From IMG/VR virus record IMGVR_UViG_3300020724_000005: a stretch of DNA of 64,000 bases; one strand, 5' to 3'. A program made the translations under genes and the position numbers. Source of the stretch: a virus. Under the pieces are notes generated by a model. It had not been told where the DNA came from, made no database searches, and worked only from the letters and a program-made list of their open reading frames with translations. Below, one piece after another: positions 26,289-33,975 of this stretch. Each line of letters begins with the position of its first letter. The stretch's first letter is position 1.

Positions 26289-27053
26289 TTAGTTTTTTCT
26301 TCCCCACTGTATGCCTTCTTTTCCGCTTTGCAACCACATCTTTACGTAGTTCTTTTGTCTTTCTGTGGCTTTGTATCCTTGCTTTTTTATAGAGTTCATG
26401 ATCCCATCTAGGTAATCATCTTGCTTGCTCCTCTTTGCTATGTTGTTCACTCTGTTCCACTCTTGCTCTCCAAACGGCTGTAAATTCTTCCAATCTTCTT
26501 TTAGAAAGTCTGATAGCTTTATCGTCTTGCTCTCTTTAATGCTAGCAAGAGCTTTTAATTCTTTGTTTGCGTCGTCTATTTTATAGAGGTATTTTTTTAT
26601 CTTTGTAGAAAAGAAACTTACTATCTTATTGAGGTACAATTTGACTTTATCTGCAGTTGATGCTTCAGATAGTTTTCCTATGGTAAATCTAGTGGATACT
26701 TTTCTTACAGTAGACTCTTCTTCTTCTAGCTTCTTACAAACTGCTTTTGTAGCTTCATTCAGCTTGGTTAGCGCATATTCATATGCTTTTTTATATTTGT
26801 GAACTTGAGACTCATATGCCGGTTGCTTAATAGTTATTATGTAATACTCTGAAACCGCTGTTTTTTCTTCAAGCTGCTTCATTGTTTCAAACATCGGAGC
26901 TAGATCTTTTGCAAATTCACCATATTTTTTTTCCATAACTTTCATTCTGTCAGACAGCTCATCTATCTCATTTTGTAGATGGTAGAATTTTTCTAGTTGT
27001 GCAACTATTGCTGGATCCTGGATCTCAATTTCTTTAAGGTAGTTTTTTTTCAT
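26289..27053 (-). CDS. Coiled-coil protein fused to a CTS-like-family module (internal TIKLSDFLKE)
   Basis: 254-aa ATG ORF. At aa 177-186 the family decapeptide appears with ACG in place of ATG (26496..26525). Confidence 0.7.
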   Translation of the reverse strand: MKKNYLKEIEIQDPAIVAQLEKFYHLQNEIDELSDRMKVMEKKYGEFAKDLAPMFETMKQLEEKTAVSEYYIITIKQPAYESQVHKYKKAYEYALTKLNEATKAVCKKLEEEESTVRKVSTRFTIGKLSEASTADKVKLYLNKIVSFFSTKIKKYLYKIDDANKELKALASIKESKTIKLSDFLKEDWKNLQPFGEQEWNRVNNIAKRSKQDDYLDGIMNSIKKQGYKATERQKNYVKMWLQSGKEGIQWGRKN

Positions 27054-27262
27054 CTCTTTTCTTTTTTAGGACGTAATAAGATATATAAACCAAAGAACAA
27101 TCCCGCTATACAGTACAAAACGAAGTTTGCTCTCCATAAACTTCCTGTCTTTAGAAATAGCCAATATTGAACTGCATCGAACCCAAACGGGTTGAAGAAC
27201 ATCGCTGCCATCAGACAGATCGTTGCCAAGTTTTGTTTTAGTGTTTTGTTCCAAGTATTCAT
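27050..27262 (-). CDS. Small two-TMD membrane protein (holin-like)
   Basis: 70 aa. Two hydrophobic segments (LATICLMAAMFFNPFGF; FVLYCIAGLFFGLYILL) and a basic tail RPKKEKR, adjacent to the lysis genes. Confidence 0.5.
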   Translation of the reverse strand: MNTWNKTLKQNLATICLMAAMFFNPFGFDAVQYWLFLKTGSLWRANFVLYCIAGLFFGLYILLRPKKEKR

Positions 27263-27310
27263 GTCTACTATCGGGGTCCATATTACGGGGTTAACGTTAA
27301 CAATACAAGA

Positions 27311-27955
27311 TCAATTCATAGAGAACTTGAATCCTGTTAATTTTTCAACATCTGCGATTTGTACCTTCCAGTGGTCTATCCCTTTAGGTTTATCTGTCGT
27401 GTTATCAAATATGTAAGCTTCATACGCCTTTGTCTTTTTTACATAGATCACCTTCCAACATTTAGTAGGCACGGTAGTAGTTCCTATCTTTTTTGCAGAT
27501 CCAATAGAACCACACCAAACGTAGACTGAATCTTGGTTGTCTACTATAAGCCTTGTTTTCGTTTCCAATGACTTCCAATCTCCAGCATTCAGAGAGTGGT
27601 ATTGAGCCGCCATGTTTGAGAAATAAAAACACTCTGCTTGTTGTTTTGCGCCAAAGCAAAGGTTGTCTGCTGCTGGACACATATGGCCACGGTCTGTGCC
27701 TGAACCAACATAGTCCTTTGCCAAATTCGTTTCTGAAGGAAGAAGAGGATCTGGAGCAAATTGGTCTTTCCTTGCCAGGGGACTTTTGCAACCAACTCTC
27801 GCTTTTGTGTCCCACCATTGAACCAAAACTGGGTAATGAAAGGACTTACTGTACGTGGTCTTGTATGCCTCGTGTACTAAAGTTACTGTGTCTTGTGCTG
27901 AGCTGGTTAGTATGCAAAACAGTATTGCTGCAACCGTAGCGATTATATTTTTCAT
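27311..27955 (-). CDS. Secreted DNA/RNA non-specific endonuclease (Serratia NucA / Endonuclease_NS family)
   Basis: Signal peptide MKNIIATVAAILFCILTSSAQ. Active-site block GTDRGHMCPAAD. Downstream SNMAAQ...LNAGDWKSLE, matching the NxxPQ...N.G.W..LE pattern. Confidence 0.8.
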   Translation of the reverse strand: MKNIIATVAAILFCILTSSAQDTVTLVHEAYKTTYSKSFHYPVLVQWWDTKARVGCKSPLARKDQFAPDPLLPSETNLAKDYVGSGTDRGHMCPAADNLCFGAKQQAECFYFSNMAAQYHSLNAGDWKSLETKTRLIVDNQDSVYVWCGSIGSAKKIGTTTVPTKCWKVIYVKKTKAYEAYIFDNTTDKPKGIDHWKVQIADVEKLTGFKFSMN

Positions 27956-27959
27956 GTTT

Positions 27960-28559
27960 TTATTTTAAAAGTGAATAATACTCATTGAAGTGTTTGATTC
28001 TATCGTCATTTCCTATAGTCCCACCGTTCACTCTCTTTGTGATCTTGGTGACTGTATCAACTGTTGCGCCTTCGTCTGCTATCTTGTGAAGACCGTTTTT
28101 GTGGAAGAACCACGCTGCAGAAGCCAAAGGGTATTTAGTTGCTACCAGATCAGGACTAGCCACACAATCTTCGTTTATTGCTTTTGAAAACGCAGCGTAG
28201 TTGTCTTTTCCTGTCAGTTGAATACAGCCGCGACCACGGAATTTGTATCCTTCTCCAGATGATTCAGGACCGTTGCCCATGCGGCCTCCATAGACTAAAT
28301 TAGCTATCTTTTCGGGTTTTCTTTCATACTCCAAAGCTTTTGCGTCTGTTGGGAAATACTTGCCGAATATGCTACGAAGTCCTTTTGCTCCGTAATTCAG
28401 ATTCTCGTTTAACACTTTGAAACCACCTGATTCGTGTCCTGCTTGAGCAAGGAAATGCGCTAAACGCAGCGGGGTGTTCAATTCAAACTTTGCCATCGTA
28501 TCTGGCAGTTGAGCGATGATGTTGTCTGGAACGTGTCCTTTTAAACTCTCTAGATTCAT
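27960..28559 (-). CDS. Endolysin, glycoside hydrolase family 19 (chitinase-like lysozyme)
   Basis: AHFLAQAGHESGGF, NLNYGAKGL, YGGRMGNGPESSGEGYKFRGRGCIQLTGKDNY: the classic GH19/COG3179 blocks. Confidence 0.85.
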   Translation of the reverse strand: MNLESLKGHVPDNIIAQLPDTMAKFELNTPLRLAHFLAQAGHESGGFKVLNENLNYGAKGLRSIFGKYFPTDAKALEYERKPEKIANLVYGGRMGNGPESSGEGYKFRGRGCIQLTGKDNYAAFSKAINEDCVASPDLVATKYPLASAAWFFHKNGLHKIADEGATVDTVTKITKRVNGGTIGNDDRIKHFNEYYSLLK

Positions 28560-28574
28560 ACTTTATTTTTGTTT

Positions 28575-29282
28575 TTATTTTTTAAAATAGTAGGCGTGTA
28601 TCATGTCTGCCGTCATTCCAAGCACTGCTGCTACAAGACCGCCTTCTATGAATGCCCTTGTGGTTTTGTACCTGGTAGCTTTCTCTTCATATTCAAGCTT
28701 GTACTTATAGTCCTCAAGTTTCATCTCTGTCGTGGTCTTGTATAGTTCAAACTTACCTTGTACATCTGTCTTTGACATATCTACCCTCAGTCTTTCAAAG
28801 TCTAACCGGTAGTTCATAGCCTTGATGGTATCATTCAGACTAGCAACATTCTGGGTCAGCTTGTAGTTCTTATCGGCTATCAAGTTCAGTTCACCTTCAA
28901 GATCTCTGTTCTTTATCCATACAGCATGACTATAATCACTCAAGAAAAGATTGGCAGCATTTAAAGTATCTACCAACCTATGGAAACTCTTCATGCTATC
29001 TTTGAACATCGTAAACCTTCTGTTCATGTCCTTTCCTTGCTGTACTGTCATCACTACTACTGTATCATCATCCAGGATCCTAGTCATGGGGTATTGCGCC
29101 TGTGATTTAGGAGTCGGAAGCGCTGTCGGTAATTGAGCAGTATTCAGGGCAGGTGTAGCCGTAACACTATTCGTTATCGCCGGAACTGGGTTTGCTGTCG
29201 CTATTTGGTTCGTTGACTGGCAGTAGGTTGAAATGCTTATTAACATTAACAACAGTGTCACCAAGCTTCGCTTTAAGTTCAT
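28575..29282 (-). CDS. Lipoprotein-like envelope protein (spanin candidate)
   Basis: Signal peptide MNLKRSLVTLLLMLISISTYC, then a Pro-rich segment, coiled-coil-like repeats and a weakly hydrophobic C-terminus GGLVAAVLGMTA. The start overlaps the upstream gene by 116 nt in another frame. Confidence 0.5.
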   Translation of the reverse strand: MNLKRSLVTLLLMLISISTYCQSTNQIATANPVPAITNSVTATPALNTAQLPTALPTPKSQAQYPMTRILDDDTVVVMTVQQGKDMNRRFTMFKDSMKSFHRLVDTLNAANLFLSDYSHAVWIKNRDLEGELNLIADKNYKLTQNVASLNDTIKAMNYRLDFERLRVDMSKTDVQGKFELYKTTTEMKLEDYKYKLEYEEKATRYKTTRAFIEGGLVAAVLGMTADMIHAYYFKK

Positions 29283-29580
29283 TGTTTTCTTTTTTTAATA
29301 CTTTGACTTCTGTATGTAAAACTTCTATATTCTTTGCAGTTTTTTCGACTTTTGTGATGATCATAGAATCGCTTTTTATGCTCTTCTGTCCCATAGATAT
29401 CACGTTCTTTTTACTCTTTTCCAGTATGGTATCTACAGGTAATACGTCTGCTTGAGGAGCTGATACCGTAGTTGAGTCTTTGTGGGAGATGTATTTATCT
29501 TTCAAAGACATCAACTGATTTCTTCCAAAAAAGGCTGCTGCAGCTAAAGCTGATATCGCCATCACTATTTTCTGTTTCAT
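29167..29580 (-). CDS. Type-II membrane coiled-coil protein (i-spanin-like)
   Basis: 137 aa. N-terminal TMD IVMAISALAAAAFF, then a heptad-like VLHTEVKVLKKENNELKAKL. Confidence 0.5.
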   Translation of the reverse strand: MKQKIVMAISALAAAAFFGRNQLMSLKDKYISHKDSTTVSAPQADVLPVDTILEKSKKNVISMGQKSIKSDSMIITKVEKTAKNIEVLHTEVKVLKKENNELKAKLGDTVVNVNKHFNLLPVNEPNSDSKPSSGDNE

Positions 29581-29582
29581 TC

Positions 29583-29924
29583 CTACTTTATTTTACCGAG
29601 TTGTTGTAACACCGCTATTTTGGATTCAGCCGCTGCTAAAGTGCTATCAGATCTTCTAAGTTGATTGCTTAAGTTCTCTACTCTGACTTCTAACGCCTGT
29701 ATCTTTTTGCTTTGGTTTTCTATCTGGCCAGTATAATTCATCTTGCCATCTACGTATAAATATCCGATCGCGATGAGAACTATGAATAACATCCCTTTTA
29801 CAGGATCTTTACTGAAGTCCTTGAAGCTTATCGGCATCAATGAAGGTGCTTTGACAGCAGTCTCTTTGGGCACAACAGCTTTAGGCTTTGCAGCCTTAGG
29901 CTTTACAGTTTTAACAGTAGTCAT
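29583..29924 (-). CDS. Membrane-anchored coiled-coil protein (lysis-cassette associated)
   Basis: 113 aa. Lys-rich N-terminus, TMD GMLFIVLIAIGYLYV, then a coiled-coil tail. A promoter-like motif lies 15 nt upstream. Confidence 0.55.
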   Translation of the reverse strand: MTTVKTVKPKAAKPKAVVPKETAVKAPSLMPISFKDFSKDPVKGMLFIVLIAIGYLYVDGKMNYTGQIENQSKKIQALEVRVENLSNQLRRSDSTLAAAESKIAVLQQLGKIK

Positions 29925-29939
29925 TTAGATAGGGTTTGA

Positions 29940-29948
29940 TATAAATAT
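29940..29948 (-). promoter_or_regulatory. Promoter-like motif ATATTTATA
   Basis: 15 nt upstream of the ATG at 29924, at the head of the lysis cassette. Confidence 0.5.
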
Positions 29949-29966
29949 CGAAGTGTTTTCGTAACC

Positions 29967-30437
29967 TTATGATTTTACAAGCTTAGTCTTATCTACAAAA
30001 TCTGCTCTTCTTACTGATGGTATCTTTCTGACTCTGTCTTCTATTGTTTTTATAGTACTTGTGTCAAAAGTTTCAAATGGGGCTGGGTCTATCTTGATGC
30101 TGATGTCCACAACATACTTTTTTAACCTTGCTGCCGATGGCTGACGGTTATTTGTAACACGTACGATGGTAACTCCAGTTAGAGCCCTGATGTCAGAGAG
30201 GATGTCTGCAAGTGATCTCTTTGTAGTATCTGCCATGAGTCTGCCTTCTATCTGATAGATCTTAGGACTGAATGTTTCTTTGACAGTAGAATTTATATCT
30301 TTAGCCGCTTTCACAGCTTTTTTATATGCTTTACTGCCTTTACGAGCAGGTTTCTCTCCCCTAGCTCTTTTTGCTCGGATGTTCGCCCAGAGTCCAGGCT
30401 TTTCTATTTCCTTCAGTATGTCTATGAGCTTTATCAT
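29967..30437 (-). CDS. Basic protein with an MIKLIDILKE N-terminus (CTS-like family)
   Basis: The track ORF is extended to 30491. The ATG at 30435-30437 forms an ATGA overlap with the upstream stop and yields MIKLIDILKEIEKPGLWANIRAKRARGEKP.... Confidence 0.7.
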   Translation of the reverse strand: MIKLIDILKEIEKPGLWANIRAKRARGEKPARKGSKAYKKAVKAAKDINSTVKETFSPKIYQIEGRLMADTTKRSLADILSDIRALTGVTIVRVTNNRQPSAARLKKYVVDISIKIDPAPFETFDTSTIKTIEDRVRKIPSVRRADFVDKTKLVKS

Positions 30438-30691
30438 GTCTTTTTTATCTTTATCTTTACGGATCCGGTTCCTTTTATAGCACGATGCCAAACCCCTCTT
30501 GGTATAAATATCTCTCCTTTCATCTTTACAGGTATCTGGTTGTCCATTTGAAACTTCCAGTCTGTGTCTCCTACCACCTCTATCAACCTATCTTCCTGAT
30601 CTCTGTGCCACTTAAGCTCTATAGGATCTATGTTCTCATCGAACTCTCTGATCAGGACTTCATCTTCCAAAATGTCTTTATATGGCCTCAT
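30434..30691 (-). CDS. Hypothetical small protein
   Basis: 85-aa ATG ORF, translationally coupled to its neighbours. Confidence 0.6.
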   Translation of the reverse strand: MRPYKDILEDEVLIREFDENIDPIELKWHRDQEDRLIEVVGDTDWKFQMDNQIPVKMKGEIFIPRGVWHRAIKGTGSVKIKIKKT

Positions 30692-30693
30692 GT

Positions 30694-31290
30694 CTACCAG
30701 TATCCTGAAAAGTTACTCTTCAATCCCAACAGCTTTGCGTATCGCGGAAGTCTGCACGCCCAGTACCCAGCATGTGTCTTGTCTTTCTTCTGAGCGCATT
30801 TGTGTCTCGCTGCGAAGCTCTTTCTTGCTGCTGGGTTGTTGATCTTTGCGCTAAGTCCTGTCGTGTCTCCAAAGCTGACCTTCTTTATTCCGCCTGTCTT
30901 TGGATTCCTTACGAACACATAGAACTTCTTAGATCCTCCTCTGTGTGGTTTGTTCAAAGCCGGCTGTTTCTTTTTTGACTTTGCCTTTGCTTCGAGTAAA
31001 AAATCTCTCGTCATCGGATAGTCTAGCGGAACTGTAATGCCTTTGTAGTTTCCGGTCAATCCTAGGTCAGTTTCTGTCAGGTACCATATATCTTCATCGC
31101 CCAACGACAAAAGTCCCCTATTTAGCAACTGGCGCGCTTCTGTGAACAGGGCTACGAAGTTTGCTGACTGAGGACGATATATGTTTTCGTTCAAGTCGAT
31201 GGAATTGTCCAAATGGTAAGCAAGCCCCTCAGATATAAGGAGCTTATTTGCAGTTTCATGTAAAGTTATCTTGCCTCTATTGCAACACAT
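30694..31290 (-). CDS. Hypothetical protein with a basic C-terminal domain
   Basis: 198-aa ATG ORF containing KKFYVFVRNPKTGGIKKVSFGD...ARHKC...AGYWACR. The family was not identified with confidence. Confidence 0.6.
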   Translation of the reverse strand: MCCNRGKITLHETANKLLISEGLAYHLDNSIDLNENIYRPQSANFVALFTEARQLLNRGLLSLGDEDIWYLTETDLGLTGNYKGITVPLDYPMTRDFLLEAKAKSKKKQPALNKPHRGGSKKFYVFVRNPKTGGIKKVSFGDTTGLSAKINNPAARKSFAARHKCAQKKDKTHAGYWACRLPRYAKLLGLKSNFSGYW

Positions 31291-31291
31291 G

Positions 31292-31666
31292 TTAGTGTAA
31301 GTATTGTAGTTTGTAAAGTGTTGTCTCTATCAGCTGGTAGATCTCATCTATCAAGTTCTGGAGGTATGTGTCATCTTGCAGCATCGTTCTAGTCCTCTCT
31401 ACATACTGGGAAAGCGCCTTGAAGTATATGACTGGGTTGCCGTCCTCTCTGAAAGTTGTAGGACCGTCGTATCCTGTGATTATGCCGTATTTGCCTTGGA
31501 AAGCTTCTACAAATTCATCGACTGCATCAACTATCTCATCATAGTATTCATTGAGCGCTTTATGCTCAGCAAAAGAAGATTCGTCCTGTACTTGCCAGTG
31601 AAATATATGAGCCTGTGTTCTTGATGCCAGAAGGGTTGATATGAACTTTGCTACTGTTGGATTCAT
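31292..31666 (-). CDS. Dps/ferritin-like four-helix-bundle protein (tentative)
   Basis: The start is re-set to the ATG at 31664-31666, 1 nt after the upstream stop. AHIFHWQVQDESSFAEHKALNEYYDEIVDAVDEFVE resembles the Dps fHWnV.G..F..lH..f.e.Y pattern. Confidence 0.45.
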   Translation of the reverse strand: MNPTVAKFISTLLASRTQAHIFHWQVQDESSFAEHKALNEYYDEIVDAVDEFVEAFQGKYGIITGYDGPTTFREDGNPVIYFKALSQYVERTRTMLQDDTYLQNLIDEIYQLIETTLYKLQYLH

Positions 31667-31667
31667 G

Positions 31668-32465
31668 CTATAATTCCATTTTTTTAATAGTATTTGTAAC
31701 AAATCTTGCTGCATCTTTAATAGAATATTCAAACTCTTTTGCTATCCTTTTTAAAAATGTTTCAACCATTTTTTCCTCAAGTGACAGACTTTTAACAGCT
31801 TCATTCACTTTTTTCTTCTTTCCGTCTTCTTGCTCTTCTGATTCTTCTTCTTTCTTAGACTTAGAAACTTTTTCGAGTTTATCCATCAGGTCTTCTATCT
31901 TGCCTTGGATCTGGGATATGTGTTGTTTGTGTTCTCCTGCATGGTCCGGATTCTCCTTTGCCATCTTCATGTGGTCTTTTCTTTTAGATTCCAGCTTATC
32001 GATCATAGAAGTCAGCTTCTTTGCCACTGTGCCTTTCTTCTCTTCGAGCTTTTTCATCTCGTCAAGGTGATCTTTATGGAGTCCTTCTGCGCATTTCATC
32101 GCCTCGTCTTGGTCTCCGTATACTCCATGGATCGTCTGAGCATCGATGCCTTTGTGGCTTGCACCCAATACTGGATCTATCTCGTGAACCATGTCTTTTA
32201 CATCACACCCTGGGTATGGTTTTAGCACTGCGTGGAGAGAACCTACTTTGTTCTCGTAGTTCTCTTTTACGACTTTCTTAGTCTTTTTCACCTTTACTGG
32301 CAGCTTCTTTGTCTTTGTAGATGCAAAGGCAGTAGCTCCTTTCTTGCTTATATGTTTTGCAACATCTTGAGCTTTTTTAGACACTGAAGATGGTTTTACA
32401 GTCCCTTTTTGGATACCGTGTACTATTCCAAAGAATTTCTGTTGTTTTTGGGATTTTGCTGGCAT
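31668..32465 (-). CDS. Hypothetical Lys-rich protein (MPAKSQKQQKFFG N-terminus)
   Basis: 265-aa ATG ORF with a promoter-like motif 14 nt upstream. Confidence 0.65.
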   Translation of the reverse strand: MPAKSQKQQKFFGIVHGIQKGTVKPSSVSKKAQDVAKHISKKGATAFASTKTKKLPVKVKKTKKVVKENYENKVGSLHAVLKPYPGCDVKDMVHEIDPVLGASHKGIDAQTIHGVYGDQDEAMKCAEGLHKDHLDEMKKLEEKKGTVAKKLTSMIDKLESKRKDHMKMAKENPDHAGEHKQHISQIQGKIEDLMDKLEKVSKSKKEEESEEQEDGKKKKVNEAVKSLSLEEKMVETFLKRIAKEFEYSIKDAARFVTNTIKKMEL

Positions 32466-32479
32466 GGATTTGTATTTTC

Positions 32480-32488
32480 TATAAATAT
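32480..32488 (-). promoter_or_regulatory. Promoter-like motif ATATTTATA
   Basis: 14 nt upstream of the ATG at 32465. Confidence 0.5.
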
Positions 32489-32489
32489 A

Positions 32490-33065
32490 CTAGATTTCGA
32501 TAGCTTTGATCTTCTTCAGGTTCTCCTTGATCTCGTCGTAAACCTTGGTCTTGTCTCCGCCTTTCCAGCTTTCGACCTCTCCGTTCTCAGATACAAATGA
32601 CTCGTCTTGCATCTCAAACCAGGAATCTATCGCCTTTTCTATGTCTTCTAGGGTAGCATTCTTGTTTGAGTTCAGAATTCCTTTTTCGTACTCTTCCCAA
32701 CGACCTTCTTGCTTTATCTTAGACTCCATGTCTATGACGCAGTCAAAGCACATCTGGTGTATCGAATACATCTTCTTATTGAGATCATGGGATTTCATTG
32801 GGTTCAAACACTTTGGACAGCACAAAGGCAGACTCAACAGCTTTTTCACGGAATCCAGCTTTGTCACTGTCTGTTTTATCCCTCGTTTTATAGTCCAAGT
32901 CTTACCATCTTCTTCCCAAATATCGCCCTCTAAATGATCTTCAGCCTTCTTTTCGTATCCAGACTGTATTTGGGTCTTGTCTCCCGTCTTTCCGGTTAGG
33001 AGGTTTCTCAGTCTTGTGACGTCCTTTTTAGAGAACTCTTTTTTTAGGTTTGATTCCTTTGCCAT
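32490..33065 (-). CDS. Hypothetical zinc-ribbon protein
   Basis: 191-aa ATG ORF containing CCPKC...x...CFDC. Confidence 0.6.
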   Translation of the reverse strand: MAKESNLKKEFSKKDVTRLRNLLTGKTGDKTQIQSGYEKKAEDHLEGDIWEEDGKTWTIKRGIKQTVTKLDSVKKLLSLPLCCPKCLNPMKSHDLNKKMYSIHQMCFDCVIDMESKIKQEGRWEEYEKGILNSNKNATLEDIEKAIDSWFEMQDESFVSENGEVESWKGGDKTKVYDEIKENLKKIKAIEI

Positions 33066-33081
33066 ATTTCGTAACTTTTGA

Positions 33082-33852
33082 TTAATAATATTTTAATTTC
33101 ACCCCTTTTTGTAAGTCTTTCCACACTTTGGATACACTACATTTATTTTGTCTAGAATATTCTGCTAAAGAACAGAAAACTAACCCTGATTCAATTTCTA
33201 TTATTTTTTTACTTTTTTTAGGATGATTTTTAAGTGCATTACTTAATTTAAGTTTTACATCTTTTGAAGTAGTCTTTCCATACATCGGATTTTTTTCTCC
33301 TTTTCTATTATCACTTAATGTTTTTCTACTTTTTTTATCCATGTAATGTTTTCCTTTATTATTAATCGATATTTTAATTTTATGTTCTTCAGATAAAGAT
33401 TTTGTTTTTATTCCAAAATTCCAAGGAATATTACCTTTTAGAGATTCTCTTATTTTATTTTTAATATCGTCTGATATTTTTTTATTTTTATGTATTTTAG
33501 AGTTGCTTTTACAAAATTCAATTTTTAATCTTTCATAAACCCGACTAGATACTTTATATTCAACTATAGATTTTTTTCTTCTTTTATTACTCATTGCCCA
33601 TGATATGTATTTTATTTTTTTATTTCTGGGGTATATTTCACAGAGTAAAAGATGACATAAAAAATGTTCTCCTGCTGTTAGCGGTATTATATTTTCATCA
33701 TTCCAATTTGAACTTTTACCTTTTCCTCCTAAGCATTTTGGAATAATATGATGTCCTTCATAATAACCTCCATTCTTTTTATGTAATTTTCTTTGTTCTA
33801 GTTCAGATTTTGCTCTTTGACAGATTTGATTATATATCTTATAGTAATTCAT
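33082..33852 (-). CDS. Free-standing HNH homing endonuclease with NUMOD3-like repeats
   Basis: YYEGHHIIPKCLGG...NIIPLTAGEHFLCHLLL and GEKNPMYGK. The track start (33894) is a TTG. The ATG at 33850-33852 gives MNYYKIYNQICQRAK, parallel to MDHLKIYNRIIAKAK in the paralog at 13814. Confidence 0.85.
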   Translation of the reverse strand: MNYYKIYNQICQRAKSELEQRKLHKKNGGYYEGHHIIPKCLGGKGKSSNWNDENIIPLTAGEHFLCHLLLCEIYPRNKKIKYISWAMSNKRRKKSIVEYKVSSRVYERLKIEFCKSNSKIHKNKKISDDIKNKIRESLKGNIPWNFGIKTKSLSEEHKIKISINNKGKHYMDKKSRKTLSDNRKGEKNPMYGKTTSKDVKLKLSNALKNHPKKSKKIIEIESGLVFCSLAEYSRQNKCSVSKVWKDLQKGVKLKYY

Positions 33853-33952
33853 AAAAAAATAGGCCGAAGATAAAAGAGTTCTAGTCCAACTCAAAAATCA
33901 AACGGCCAATAAATTCATATTTATAATAGCTAGGACTAGTAGTATTATCTAC

Positions 33953-33961
33953 TATAAATAT
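33953..33961 (-). promoter_or_regulatory. Promoter-like motif ATATTTATA
   Basis: 100 nt upstream of the HNH ATG at 33852. An oppositely oriented copy lies at 33917..33925. Confidence 0.4.
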
Positions 33962-33975
33962 TAGTCTTTTGAAAT

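Noticed and set aside
27462-27939. Three ORFs (27462..27818 -, 27589..27795 -, 27553..27939 +) inside the nuclease gene.
   Set aside because: The frame carrying the signal peptide and the DRGH motif (27311..27955) is clearly the real one.
31648-32281. + strand ORFs 31648..32070, 31905..32225 and 32021..32281.
   Set aside because: They are antisense to the Lys/Glu-rich gene 31668..32465. The S/F/L-rich mirror composition explains them.
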